A stretch of 59,114 bases of DNA from a virus (lineage: Duplodnaviria; Caudoviricetes): IMG/VR virus record IMGVR_UViG_3300042863_001365, positions 1 to 59,114 of that record; one strand, given 5' to 3'. The position numbers and the translations under genes were made by a program. Position 1 is the stretch's first letter; the number at the start of each line of letters is the position of its first letter. The notes under the pieces are model-generated. The model searched no databases, was not told where the DNA came from, and saw only the letters and a program-made list of their open reading frames with translations. Below are positions 27,530-37,249 of this stretch, piece after piece.

Positions 27530-27818
27530 TTTGCGTTCCTTCGTTTCCATACACATGCATAGCATGATTCGATATGACGTGTCAAACGAAAAAGGCGAGG
27601 TTTCCCCCGCCTTTTCTTCTTATTTCAACCACGAAAGATGCAATGCAGTCAGCATAGAACCAAGGGTAAAAATAACCCCATACAATACTGTTTGTGCATT
27701 TACACCGCCAAAGACATGCTGCCGATGATAAATCCAACAGATATGACGGCAGAATGAATAATAAATTTCTTTTTCATTTCCATTTTCCTTTTTGTTGTGG
27801 TTGATATAACGTTATTAT

Positions 27819-27895
27819 TGGTAGACCCTTTCGGACTCGAACCGAAATATTCAATCTTATGAGGATTGTTCATTCACCAGTTATGATAAAGGTCC
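27819..27895 (-). tRNA. tRNA with CAT anticodon (probably Ile2/lysidine type, otherwise Met)
   Basis: GGACCTT acceptor strand; CAATC-CTCATAA-GATTG anticodon arm; GGTTCGAGTCC T-arm; encoded CCA; C4-G69 and C5-G68 as in TilS substrates. Confidence 0.9.
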
Positions 27896-27921
27896 ACTAA
27901 TAATAACGGTATTAAGAGAAT

Positions 27922-28015
27922 TGGTAGGGATGGTGGGATTCGAACCCACAATGTGATCATTAATCAGTGAGGCATTTTAAGTGCCTTGCGTTTCAACCAG
28001 TTTCGCCACATCCCC
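27922..28015 (-). tRNA. tRNA-Leu(TAA)
   Basis: GGGGATG acceptor strand; AGGCA-CTTAAAA-TGCCT arm; long variable arm; GGTTCGAATCC; encoded CCA. Confidence 0.93.
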
Positions 28016-28164
28016 GCACGATTTGAGTCTTTTTTATGGTCATACTCAGGACCGTCTACTCTATACTTAATTACATTCTATCTAAGGTGCTTACTTACTA
28101 CTATCGCGTTTCATCATGTCGTCACTATGGCACAGCATTTTGATTCGGTCAAGCTAGTTTTCAG

Positions 28165-28500
28165 GCATTGCAGGCTCACCCTGCTTAGATTAATCGCCAC
28201 GTCATGATTAGCATTCCTCTGGTTTATTTTCTAAGGATTGACCGATTGACGACTTCGGTATGTTTTCGTCTTTCTATGTGTTGCTATACTAATAATAAAA
28301 TTAGCGTTTTACGGTTGATCGCGAGATTTATACATGAACTTCATGGTAGTCTCCATAGCGTTGCGGTTGACTGATAGAAAACACTGTTATTTTGTTCGGG
28401 TGAGCCACGTCCCTACACTATAGGCTCTATTATGAGACAAATTATTAAAGATTACACTAGGGCGAGTCTCGAATTTTAATCATATTTAGTACACCTTGTT
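28165..28500 (-). ncRNA. Candidate structured ncRNA upstream of the tRNAs
   Basis: Minus-strand promoter at about 28518-28546, no minus-strand ORF in the track; GGCTCACCC/GGGTGAGCC closes about 230 nt containing internal stems. Confidence 0.45.
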
Positions 28501-28566
28501 TTGCTTTCCGTAAGACAGTTTTAGTCGATTCGGCGGATAGTGTCAACAAGTATTTTCGTTATCGTG

Positions 28567-28782
28567 TCAGCCCCACAGATAAATCCCAGATGCAACCCAG
28601 ACCACAATAAGAAAAAGCATACGCCCATTCATATATGCAGTACCGCGAGGATAACCAGATACACGATAAAGATCAGACATTCTTTTATTGTGTTTCCTAT
28701 TGACAATTGCATCAGCAATCAACAGCAGAAAAACAATAGAAGTAATAGTAAACCCAGAATACGCTACAACAGTTGAAAACAT
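28567..28782 (-). CDS. Small two-TM membrane protein
   Basis: Two hydrophobic segments; AAGGA RBS. Confidence 0.6.
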   Translation of the reverse strand: MFSTVVAYSGFTITSIVFLLLIADAIVNRKHNKRMSDLYRVSGYPRGTAYMNGRMLFLIVVWVASGIYLWG

Positions 28783-28929
28783 TTTATTTCCTTTCAGATG
28801 TTAGAATCGCATGACTACATACAATATATCATGACAGCGAGTGTGCCGCAACAGATTTTTTAGCATTGTCTTACAAAAAGAATATAAAAAAGGGGGCATA
28901 AGCCCCCTTGTGTTCTTGTGATTGTTAAC

Positions 28930-29343
28930 TTATTCGGTAACAAGTTCCCGATTTTCGATTTGTTCAGCTTCGGCTTGTTCAGCTTCCATTTCTTCCGCTT
29001 CCGCTTCTGCAATTTCTTCGGCTTCGGTCGGTTCACCGATCATCTTGCGACCCGCATCAGTCAGCATATAGCCTTTGGCTGGCCGTCCACGAGTTTCTGC
29101 CTTGATATCAAAGGTTTTCAGATAACCAAGTTGAACAAGTTGGTTCATCAACGGGCGAGAAGGAATTTCTTCCTTGTCATCAATAAAGATTGCAGTCAAA
29201 GCACGCACGATGTTCTTTTTTTCTGCAAAGAGTGCTTTTGGACCCCGCTTTGTGCCAGTTGCGGCAACTTTTGCATTCTTTTCGATTTCGGCAATCACAT
29301 TTTCGGTGACAGCATCAACCACGGATTCATCAACAGTGTTCAT
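28930..29343 (-). CDS. Putative winged-helix DNA-binding protein with acidic tail
   Basis: QLVQLGYL...RGRPAKGYMLTDAGR; GAGGA RBS; terminator hairpin at about 28886-28909. Confidence 0.6.
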   Translation of the reverse strand: MNTVDESVVDAVTENVIAEIEKNAKVAATGTKRGPKALFAEKKNIVRALTAIFIDDKEEIPSRPLMNQLVQLGYLKTFDIKAETRGRPAKGYMLTDAGRKMIGEPTEAEEIAEAEAEEMEAEQAEAEQIENRELVTE

Positions 29344-29532
29344 GTCTATTTCCTCTATATGGGGCATCATCGCCCTTCGGTAACACTCTTTTAGCTCTCG
29401 AATCACCCCATGTCAATATGTATTTTCATTGTTAATGCAGATAGTGATACATAATGCAGAACCTAGTTTCGTCGGTATTGTATGAATAACCAACAAAATA
29501 TAATAAATCTAGTCTAAAAAACGCAAAAAAAA

Positions 29533-29540
29533 TATAAATA
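29533..29540 (+). promoter_or_regulatory. T4-type late promoter
   Basis: TATAAATA before the structural operon; TAAATA also near 31865, 34810, 45341, 48571, 50907, 51524, 52685 and 55876. Confidence 0.75.
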
Positions 29541-29569
29541 AAGTAAAGCGAATTCCAAAGGAGAGACAG

Positions 29570-30220
29570 ATGGCTATTCAAAACTTAATTAATATGAGTG
29601 TTCCCACTGATGCAAGAACAGGTGCTTTATTAATGCCTAAATTACAAAATCGTTTTAGAGTTTCATTTGACTTTGATTCGGGTAGATATATTACTGGAAA
29701 CGCAGTTAGCGTTACTAGACCAACATTAGCATTTGATCCCATCACACTAGAAGTTTATAATTCAAGAGTATATATTCCCGGTAAACATACATGGAATACA
29801 GTTGATGTTGTTATACGCGATACAGTATCAAATAATACAATTAAACAAATTGAAGGTCAATTAACTCGTCAAATTGACATGGCTACACAAAGCGTTCAAC
29901 GTTCTGCATCTGCATTCAAATTTCAAACAACAATTGAAACATTAGATGGTTCTAATCCAATCGGCGGAAGTATTCCTACTACTAGTATTTTAGACACTTG
30001 GTCATTACTTGGATGTTATATTGAAAATGTTGCATACGGCAATAATGATTATGCATCGTCTGATCCAATTACAATTACGATAACTCTAAAATATGATAAT
30101 GCAATTCATGCTCATGCTGGCGTTCCTGATGGTCTTTCTGCGACTAACTTTACCCCAGATTTTGGAATTTTATCAACTGGTCAGGGTAATATACCGCAAG
30201 CTGGTAGAGCTGGTTTCTAA
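29570..30220 (+). CDS. Tail tube protein (T4 gp19-like)
   Basis: PKLQNRFRV...V-RP...Y-PGK-TW...W-L-GC...YG-NDY...ITITLKYD. Confidence 0.75.
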   Translation: MAIQNLINMSVPTDARTGALLMPKLQNRFRVSFDFDSGRYITGNAVSVTRPTLAFDPITLEVYNSRVYIPGKHTWNTVDVVIRDTVSNNTIKQIEGQLTRQIDMATQSVQRSASAFKFQTTIETLDGSNPIGGSIPTTSILDTWSLLGCYIENVAYGNNDYASSDPITITITLKYDNAIHAHAGVPDGLSATNFTPDFGILSTGQGNIPQAGRAGF

Positions 30221-30241
30221 TATATTAGAAACTATTTAAAT

Positions 30242-30883
30242 ATGGGAATTAGCCTTTCAGAAATTTATGGAAATCTAGGAATTACGACAACTGATCCAGT
30301 TATGTCGAAAATTCCTAGATTTAAATTCAACTTTTTACTTGAAATACAATTAGGCAATAATTCAAGTGGCGTTATTAAATTTGAACGTGTTCGCACAGCA
30401 ACCTTACCTGAAGTTTCATTTGATACTAAAATTATGAATCAATATAATGTAAAGCGAGTAGTGCAATCAAAAATGAATTATGGAACATGCACCGTTGCAT
30501 TTTATGATACATATGATAATGATTTTTTAACAAAAATAGCAATTCCTTATTCTAAAAATTATTACAATAATGGCGACGGACTTAATAAAATTAGTGATAC
30601 ATTCGCGACTACTGATTCTATAACATCTAATGACAATGCAATTATTGGAAATTTCGGATTAACTACCACCACACCAGCAAATAGATATTTTATTCCTGAA
30701 ATTAGAATTAAAAAAGTAGGTCCAGATGCTAATATTTTTGATCATATCATGAAAAATTGTATGATAACCAGTATAGCAGGAGATACAATGGATTATGGTG
30801 ATAGTCAGCCTGTGCAATTTACCGTAACCTTTCAACCGGAAAGAATGGAATTAACTAGTAATCCAAATTCAACAACTAGATAA
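30242..30883 (+). CDS. Tail tube-like / baseplate tube initiator protein
   Basis: LPEVSFDT..MNQYN...Y...V-FYD...DYGDS-PV-FTVTF-PE, a gp19/gp54-like pattern. Confidence 0.6.
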   Translation: MGISLSEIYGNLGITTTDPVMSKIPRFKFNFLLEIQLGNNSSGVIKFERVRTATLPEVSFDTKIMNQYNVKRVVQSKMNYGTCTVAFYDTYDNDFLTKIAIPYSKNYYNNGDGLNKISDTFATTDSITSNDNAIIGNFGLTTTTPANRYFIPEIRIKKVGPDANIFDHIMKNCMITSIAGDTMDYGDSQPVQFTVTFQPERMELTSNPNSTTR

Positions 30884-30887
30884 TAGC

Positions 30888-31322
30888 ATGGCTCGATTCC
30901 ATCAAGGCCAATACGAAATAAAAAATCCAAGCAAATATTTGGGAAAAAAAATACCATATGCAAGATCATCTTGGGAATTCAAAATGATGGATTTTTTTGA
31001 TAATAATCCGAGTATTATTGGTTGGGCAAGTGAATCACATCGTATCCCGTATGTTCATCCATTTACTAAAAAGATAACTACATATGTTCCTGACTTCTTT
31101 GTAGTATATAAAAATGCACAAGGAATCACCGTAGCTGAAATGCTAGAAGTAAAACCAAGTTCACAAATTTTAGAAAATGCAAAAAAGAAAAGTGATGTTA
31201 TTGCTGGAGTCATTAATCAAGAAAAATGGAAAATGGCAAAACAATGGTGTGATCAGCAAGGAATTGGATTTAGAGTTGTTACGGAACATGAAATTTACAG
31301 AAAGTCTGGAAAGAACAAATGA
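30888..31322 (+). CDS. Head completion nuclease (T4 gp4-like)
   Basis: G-Y-IKNP-KY-G...RSSWE...W-SE...IPY...Y-PDF...EVKP...N-EKW..A...F-V-TE. Confidence 0.85.
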   Translation: MARFHQGQYEIKNPSKYLGKKIPYARSSWEFKMMDFFDNNPSIIGWASESHRIPYVHPFTKKITTYVPDFFVVYKNAQGITVAEMLEVKPSSQILENAKKKSDVIAGVINQEKWKMAKQWCDQQGIGFRVVTEHEIYRKSGKNK

Positions 31323-31867
31323 CAAAAAAATTAGAAGATTTCTTTAATTTAAGTAACGAAGAAGATGATATACATATATCAGATACGTTAGATATTGAAG
31401 TAGTGAATGAAAAAGAAAAAGAATTAATAACATACGATTTCACAGAATTATCTGGTGTATTGAGCGAAGTAGATAAAATTGATCAAGCATTGGGTCCAGT
31501 AAAAGGATTAGAAATATTAGATAGTGAAATGGATGCATTATCTAAACGAGCTATGGAAGTATTTGAATTATTGATTGATATAGGTCAAAATGTCGAAGAT
31601 AAAAATATTGCTCCTGTATTTGACGCTGCATCAAAAATGTTAAGTGGTGCAATTTCTGCAAGCCAAAGCAAGATGGATAGAAAATTAAAAGCAATTCAAT
31701 TGCAGTTACAGAAAGCAAAATTAGATCAAGATCAAGAAAAATTTGAATGGAAAGTAAAAGAACGTAAGAATAATGGCGATGATGCAGTTCCGATTGATGG
31801 CACATCAGAAAGAATTTCAATATCTCGTTCTGACCTAATTCGTGAAATTCTTGATAAAAAACAATAA
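31319..31867 (+). CDS. Helical protein, possible terminase small subunit
   Basis: Size, coiled character and position upstream of the terminase. Confidence 0.4.
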   Translation: MTKKLEDFFNLSNEEDDIHISDTLDIEVVNEKEKELITYDFTELSGVLSEVDKIDQALGPVKGLEILDSEMDALSKRAMEVFELLIDIGQNVEDKNIAPVFDAASKMLSGAISASQSKMDRKLKAIQLQLQKAKLDQDQEKFEWKVKERKNNGDDAVPIDGTSERISISRSDLIREILDKKQ

Positions 31868-31892
31868 ATAAAAGAAAAGAGGATTTTACGCC

Positions 31893-32426
31893 ATGAAAAG
31901 ACTACAACAATATCTTATGGAATCGCAAAAAACATACGAATTTCGTATGAAAACTATTGTAGAACTTACAGATGATCAACTAGATAAACTTGAAAATCAT
32001 TTAAGAAAGTATGAAGCGTATGACATAGAAACACCTAAAAGAACTATTATGCAAAGTGCCCCACTAGATTTTTATAATAGTGGTGCATGTGAAGTTTATA
32101 TTATTGATTTCAAAACAAAACTACCAGTCAGTCCACAAATTTTACTTAATGAAATAGTTTCAAAATTGGGAATTGGCGAGGGAAATGTTCGCATTCGTAA
32201 TAGAGCAGAACCACTTGATGAAATAGATACAAAATATCTTGAAGATAATGGAAAAGATACTAGTAAAGAAAAAAAGAAAAAAGCCCTATTGACTGATCCA
32301 GACTATAAAGAAGTTAAAAATCCAAAAGCCGATGATTATCATGGTGAAAAACATAAAACAAAGTTTATGCGTGAACTAGAAAAAGCTAGAAAACCATTAA
32401 CAACTGAATACAAGATAAAGAAATAA
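31893..32426 (+). CDS. Putative virion (head) protein
   Basis: ATAAATA upstream; starts MKRLQQYLME. Confidence 0.55.
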   Translation: MKRLQQYLMESQKTYEFRMKTIVELTDDQLDKLENHLRKYEAYDIETPKRTIMQSAPLDFYNSGACEVYIIDFKTKLPVSPQILLNEIVSKLGIGEGNVRIRNRAEPLDEIDTKYLEDNGKDTSKEKKKKALLTDPDYKEVKNPKADDYHGEKHKTKFMRELEKARKPLTTEYKIKK

Positions 32427-32438
32427 TAGGAGATTATC

Positions 32439-33230
32439 ATGTCAATAGATATTGAATTAATAAAAAAATTAGCAGGACTATTGAATATGAATTCTGTTGT
32501 TGCTAATAATACACCTGCAGTAATTGAGCCAGAACAGTCTGCCCCATGCGGTTGTGATGCAGAAACAAGTGGTAGTAATATGCGTAAATTCATAGATGCT
32601 ACTACATTTGAAGAAATTGATGAAGAAGATGAAGATGGTGAATGGGCAAATAGCACTGATCATTTTGATGGTAAACGTCGCGATCATGGACAACCAACTG
32701 GTGCAGTAGTAGATACTAGCCTTCGTAGGCATTTAGGGGCAAAAGCAATGCCTGTAAGAATTGAAGAATCGGATGAAAATTCAGAAGAAGATGAAGAAAA
32801 ATCTGCGGAAGAAGAATTAGATGAAGCCTTTGTTAATGAAGATATCAAAGATAAATTAAAAATAATGACATTGCACGGTATGCATACTACTGAGAGCATG
32901 ATAGAATCATACAAAAGACACAAAGACAGAACCAAAGAGCGTCAGAAACAACGTATTAAAAATAAAGCAAAAGATAAAGTAATAGCAACTGTTGGTGGTG
33001 GAAACCTTAAAGGAATGGCATCGGTTGAAGAAGCTTCTGTTCCCGTTCAAAAAGTTGCAAAACTTCCATCATTGCCAAATAAAAAAGCATATGATATTGA
33101 AAAAGCAAGCGAAACCAAGAAAAAAGTATCGTTGAAACCAGAACCTTGGAAAAATAAAAAAGAAACTAAAGAAATGGTAAAAGAAAGTGTCGATCTTATC
33201 AAGTTGAAAAAGAATGCTGGACTCCTTTAA
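32439..33230 (+). CDS. Acidic putative scaffold/core protein
   Basis: E/D-rich; IKKLAGL near the N-terminus and LKKNAGLL at the C-terminus. Confidence 0.5.
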   Translation: MSIDIELIKKLAGLLNMNSVVANNTPAVIEPEQSAPCGCDAETSGSNMRKFIDATTFEEIDEEDEDGEWANSTDHFDGKRRDHGQPTGAVVDTSLRRHLGAKAMPVRIEESDENSEEDEEKSAEEELDEAFVNEDIKDKLKIMTLHGMHTTESMIESYKRHKDRTKERQKQRIKNKAKDKVIATVGGGNLKGMASVEEASVPVQKVAKLPSLPNKKAYDIEKASETKKKVSLKPEPWKNKKETKEMVKESVDLIKLKKNAGLL

Positions 33231-33255
33231 GGGGTTCAGTTTCTAAAGGAACAAC

Positions 33256-34812
33256 ATGCCATTAGTCAATGATATAGTAAAACAGCCAAATCGTGAGGAA
33301 TTATTAAGTGCAGCAGAAATAAGAGAAATCGCATTATGCACAATGGACCCAAAATATTTCATAAAAAATTACTGTTATTTACAACACCCTACTAAGGGCA
33401 AAATGAGATTCTTATTATTTGAATATCAAGAAAGATTAATTGATGTGTATCATGGATATAGAAACAATATATCCATGCTTCCACGTCAAAGTGGCAAATC
33501 ACAATGTGCGGCTGCATATCTATTATGGTATGCTATGTTTAATCCTGATAGCACAGTATTAATTGCAGCACACGTTTTCCGTGGTGCCCAAGAGATTATG
33601 AGCAGAATAAGATTTATGTATGAAAATATACCAAATTTTATTCGTGCAGGTGTCAAAGCATATAATCGTGGTAGTATTGAATTTGATAACGATAGCAGAA
33701 TAGTTGCACAAGCCACGACTGAAAATACTGGCCGTGGTATGTCAATTTCATTAGTTTATCTAGATGAATTTGCATTCGTTCCGCCTAACATTGCAAGTGA
33801 ATTTTGGACTTCTCTTTCTCCAACACTATCAACTGGTGGTAAATGTATCATTACTAGCACCCCAAACCAAGATAATGATCAATTTGCACAAATTTGGAAA
33901 CAAGCAAATAAAACATTAGATCAATATGGAAATGATAGCGGAATTGGTGTAAATGGATTTAAACATTATATTGCTCATTGGAATGAACATCCAGATCGTG
34001 ATGAAAAATGGGCAGAAGTTGAACGTGGAAAAATTGGCGATGAAAGATTTATGCGTGAGTTTGAATTAAAGTTCGTTGCATATGATGAAACATTAATCAA
34101 TAGTATATATTTAAGTAATATGAATACACAACGTGATCCTTACATGAAATTAGGCGAAGTTCGATTTTATGAACCAATAATAGATGGTCATATGTATTTG
34201 GTAGCATTGGACCCAAGTTTGGGAACAGGCGGGGATAATGCAGCAATACAAGTATTATCGTTGCCAGATTTGAAACAGGTAGCAGAGTGGCAACATAATT
34301 TGACACCAATAAAAGGTCAAATTATTGCATTGAAAACAATATGTGATTACATTTATAATAAAGCACCAAAAAGTGAATTATATTATAGTGTAGAAAATAA
34401 TACAATTGGTGAAGCAGCTTTGGTTACTATATCTGAAATGGGTGAAGAAAATATACCCGGCGTATTTTTAAGTGAACCTAAGAAAAAGCAGAGTGTTCGC
34501 AAATATAGAAAAGGTTTTACAACAACTCATAGTTCAAAAATATCAGCATGTGCTAAATTAAAACAATGGATTGAAACAGACAAAATGAATGTATCTAGTA
34601 AAAATTTAATAAATGAATTAAAAACATTTGTGGCTAGTGGAACATCATATAAAGCAAAACAAGGCGAAACTGATGATCTTGTAATGTCACTAGTATTAGC
34701 TATTCGTATGGTATTAATTGTTAGCAAATATGAAGAAGATACTTTTGAACAAGTGAGAGAAACATTTGATGATGAAGATTATGATACACCAATGCCTATG
34801 GCATTTCTATAA
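33256..34812 (+). CDS. terL: Terminase large subunit (T4 gp17-like)
   Basis: Walker A PRQSGKS; Walker B VYLDEFAF; ITSTPN; nuclease LDPSLG-GGD and DDLVMS. Confidence 0.95.
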   Translation: MPLVNDIVKQPNREELLSAAEIREIALCTMDPKYFIKNYCYLQHPTKGKMRFLLFEYQERLIDVYHGYRNNISMLPRQSGKSQCAAAYLLWYAMFNPDSTVLIAAHVFRGAQEIMSRIRFMYENIPNFIRAGVKAYNRGSIEFDNDSRIVAQATTENTGRGMSISLVYLDEFAFVPPNIASEFWTSLSPTLSTGGKCIITSTPNQDNDQFAQIWKQANKTLDQYGNDSGIGVNGFKHYIAHWNEHPDRDEKWAEVERGKIGDERFMREFELKFVAYDETLINSIYLSNMNTQRDPYMKLGEVRFYEPIIDGHMYLVALDPSLGTGGDNAAIQVLSLPDLKQVAEWQHNLTPIKGQIIALKTICDYIYNKAPKSELYYSVENNTIGEAALVTISEMGEENIPGVFLSEPKKKQSVRKYRKGFTTTHSSKISACAKLKQWIETDKMNVSSKNLINELKTFVASGTSYKAKQGETDDLVMSLVLAIRMVLIVSKYEEDTFEQVRETFDDEDYDTPMPMAFL

Positions 34813-34836
34813 ATAATACCAAATAAGGATAAAATT

Positions 34837-36129
34837 ATGGCTATAGATGTTGCAAAAATTTCTGAAAAGATTTTCAAAATAATGAAAGCATACGGACATC
34901 AATTATCTCTTTTCACAGATGATGGAAAAGATACACTTGATCCAACTGAGGCAAGAAGATTTTATTCAAAAGATAAAAATATTATGATAAATTTTGAAAC
35001 TAGTGCTGAAAAACATATTATTAAAGTTAATGTAGGTGGTAATATTGATTTACAAGATTTAAAGCCGTTACTGGGTAGTGTCCGTAATTTAGCCAATCAA
35101 CAGGCATTGACATATTCTTTAAGAAAATTTGGTCACAATATTAAACCAAAAGATTTTGTCTATCAAGCTGAACAAGAAAAACAAATTTCTGAATCATTTT
35201 CTAAGCCATATGGAACAATAAAAACTTCAAGACAAAAATTTGAAAATGCAACATTATATATTAGACACAGTAAAAAAGTTGATGAAGAAATAAGAGGAAG
35301 TCGTTCCCGTAATATACATGCAATATTTGTAGAAAATTCAAGTGGAGAACGCTTTAAGTTTCCATTCAATAATATTAATGCAGCAAGAGCAATGACAGTT
35401 CATGTTAGCGAAGGTGGTACACCGTATGATAATATTGGTAAAGGAATTATCCATCTGTCAGAAGAAATTGAAACACTAAAAAAATTCAAAAAGAAAAATA
35501 AAACTTTACAAGAAACATCAGATGAATTTATTCAATATGTTTCTGAAAGAATAAACACAATTGGACGCCAATTTACTCAAATGAATAATCATAAAGGATA
35601 TAGTAGAAATATCGAAACATTTATGACAGAAAATAATATTGATGAAGTTGATGATTCTATATTTGAAGAATTTGGTATAACTTTTAACGAAGATGAAAAT
35701 AAATCATTTGTATTTAATATAGCAAAAAAACTTAAAGAAGATAAAAAAACAAGTTCGCGAATAGAAGAATTTGTAAGAGATATATTAAATGGAAAAAAGA
35801 TAGAATTCGCCCGATCATCATTTGATTCTGATCCAAGAAATCCAGATAATTTTGAATATAAAACAGAAGAGGCAAGACTTTCTGCATGGTTTGGATATTT
35901 TTCAAAAAATGCAAAAGATGAACAAATAGCTGATATTATGGCACAACTTAGTGATGACGTATATCAGTTAAATAAAAAACATCTAGACCTTGCAAAAAAA
36001 CTATTGACATCACTGATGAATGGTGCTATAGTTACATCACAATCAAACAAACAAGATGGTTTGTTAGAAAGCATTTCCCAAGAACTCGATGATAAGTTAT
36101 CCACTATTTGTGGAATTTATTTAGACTAA
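34837..36129 (+). CDS. Late hypothetical (virion-associated) protein
   Basis: TATAAATA at 34808; long intact ORF. Confidence 0.7.
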   Translation: MAIDVAKISEKIFKIMKAYGHQLSLFTDDGKDTLDPTEARRFYSKDKNIMINFETSAEKHIIKVNVGGNIDLQDLKPLLGSVRNLANQQALTYSLRKFGHNIKPKDFVYQAEQEKQISESFSKPYGTIKTSRQKFENATLYIRHSKKVDEEIRGSRSRNIHAIFVENSSGERFKFPFNNINAARAMTVHVSEGGTPYDNIGKGIIHLSEEIETLKKFKKKNKTLQETSDEFIQYVSERINTIGRQFTQMNNHKGYSRNIETFMTENNIDEVDDSIFEEFGITFNEDENKSFVFNIAKKLKEDKKTSSRIEEFVRDILNGKKIEFARSSFDSDPRNPDNFEYKTEEARLSAWFGYFSKNAKDEQIADIMAQLSDDVYQLNKKHLDLAKKLLTSLMNGAIVTSQSNKQDGLLESISQELDDKLSTICGIYLD

Positions 36130-36211
36130 TCTTGGTAAACCGATTTTATTAGTTGTTCGGAGAATACAACTATTTTTATCTAACACTTGACTAACACTTA
36201 GGAGAATAATT

Positions 36212-37183
36212 ATGTCAACATTAGCAGAAATCAGAAAAAAATTACTAGAACAAGAGAACCGTTCAAAAGGAAATAATAGTGGATATGCAGATACTACACT
36301 ATATCCATTTTGGAATACAGATGTAGGAACAACAACTACAACTAGATTCCTACCAGATGGAGACGATTCAAACGTATACTTCTGGAAAGAACGTCAAATG
36401 ATCAAGATTCCTTTCAGTGGAATTAAAGGTGGAGACGAACACAAGCAAGTAAAAATTACTGTTCCTTGTGTTGAAATGTGGGGAGATCGTTGCCCAATTC
36501 ATGACGAAATCCGTCCTTGGTTTAAAGACTCGGCTATGGAAGAAATGGCAAAAACTTATTGGAAAAAGCGTAGCTTTGTGTTCCAAGGTTTTGTAGTAGA
36601 TTCTTCTTTAAAAGAAGAAAATATTCCAGAGAATCCTATTCGCCGCTTCTTGTTTACTTCTGAAATATTTAATATTGTCAAAGCAGCACTGATGGACCCA
36701 GATTTTCCTGAAATTCCAACAGATTATGAAGCTGGAACCGATTTCAAACTAGCCAAAACTACAAAAGGCCAATATGCAAATTGGACAACATCTTCATGGG
36801 CGAGACGTGAACGTAGCTTAACTGATGTAGAACGTGATGCAATTCAAACTCACGGTCTATTCAATCTTTCCGAATTCTTGCCAAAGAAACCCGGTGAAAA
36901 AGAACTTCAAGCAATCTTTGATATGTTTGAAGCAAGCGTTGATGGTCAACTTTATGATCCTGAACGTTTTGGTGAATTTTATCGCCCCGCTGGCATGGCA
37001 GGAATGACAGACAATCCAAATAATAGTGAGGAAGCTGGAGATGAGCAATTGTCAAAAGTAAAACCATCACAAAAACCTGCTGCAAAAGTTGTAGAAAAGC
37101 CAGTTGAACAACCAGTTGACAATTCTACAAAGCAAAGTGCCCAAGATATTCTTGCAGCAATTCGTAACCGTAAATCTTCATAA
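36212..37183 (+). CDS. Single-stranded DNA-binding protein (gp32-like)
   Basis: RFLPDGD...CPI...YWKKRS...G-DF-L-K; sits next to UvsX. Confidence 0.85.
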   Translation: MSTLAEIRKKLLEQENRSKGNNSGYADTTLYPFWNTDVGTTTTTRFLPDGDDSNVYFWKERQMIKIPFSGIKGGDEHKQVKITVPCVEMWGDRCPIHDEIRPWFKDSAMEEMAKTYWKKRSFVFQGFVVDSSLKEENIPENPIRRFLFTSEIFNIVKAALMDPDFPEIPTDYEAGTDFKLAKTTKGQYANWTTSSWARRERSLTDVERDAIQTHGLFNLSEFLPKKPGEKELQAIFDMFEASVDGQLYDPERFGEFYRPAGMAGMTDNPNNSEEAGDEQLSKVKPSQKPAAKVVEKPVEQPVDNSTKQSAQDILAAIRNRKSS

Positions 37184-37197
37184 ATTGTAGATTTCTT

Positions 37198-37225
37198 ATA
37201 GTCAAGGGGTAATTCCCTTGACTAT
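37198..37225 (+). terminator. Hairpin between the SSB and UvsX genes
   Basis: ATAGTCAAGGG-GTAATT-CCCTTGACTAT. Confidence 0.55.
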
Positions 37226-37249
37226 CTTAATTATTAAATAGGAGAAAAT

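Noticed and set aside
27620-27783. Possible frameshifted small membrane gene or programmed frameshift
   Set aside because: MEMKKKFII...SLAV stops early and a hydrophobic frame continues after a 1-nt shift, but there is no clear slippery site; it cannot be told apart from decay or sequencing error.
28165-28500. tmRNA or RNase P RNA
   Set aside because: No tRNA-like ends, no ANDN...AA tag frame and no GAGGAAAGTCC signature were found.
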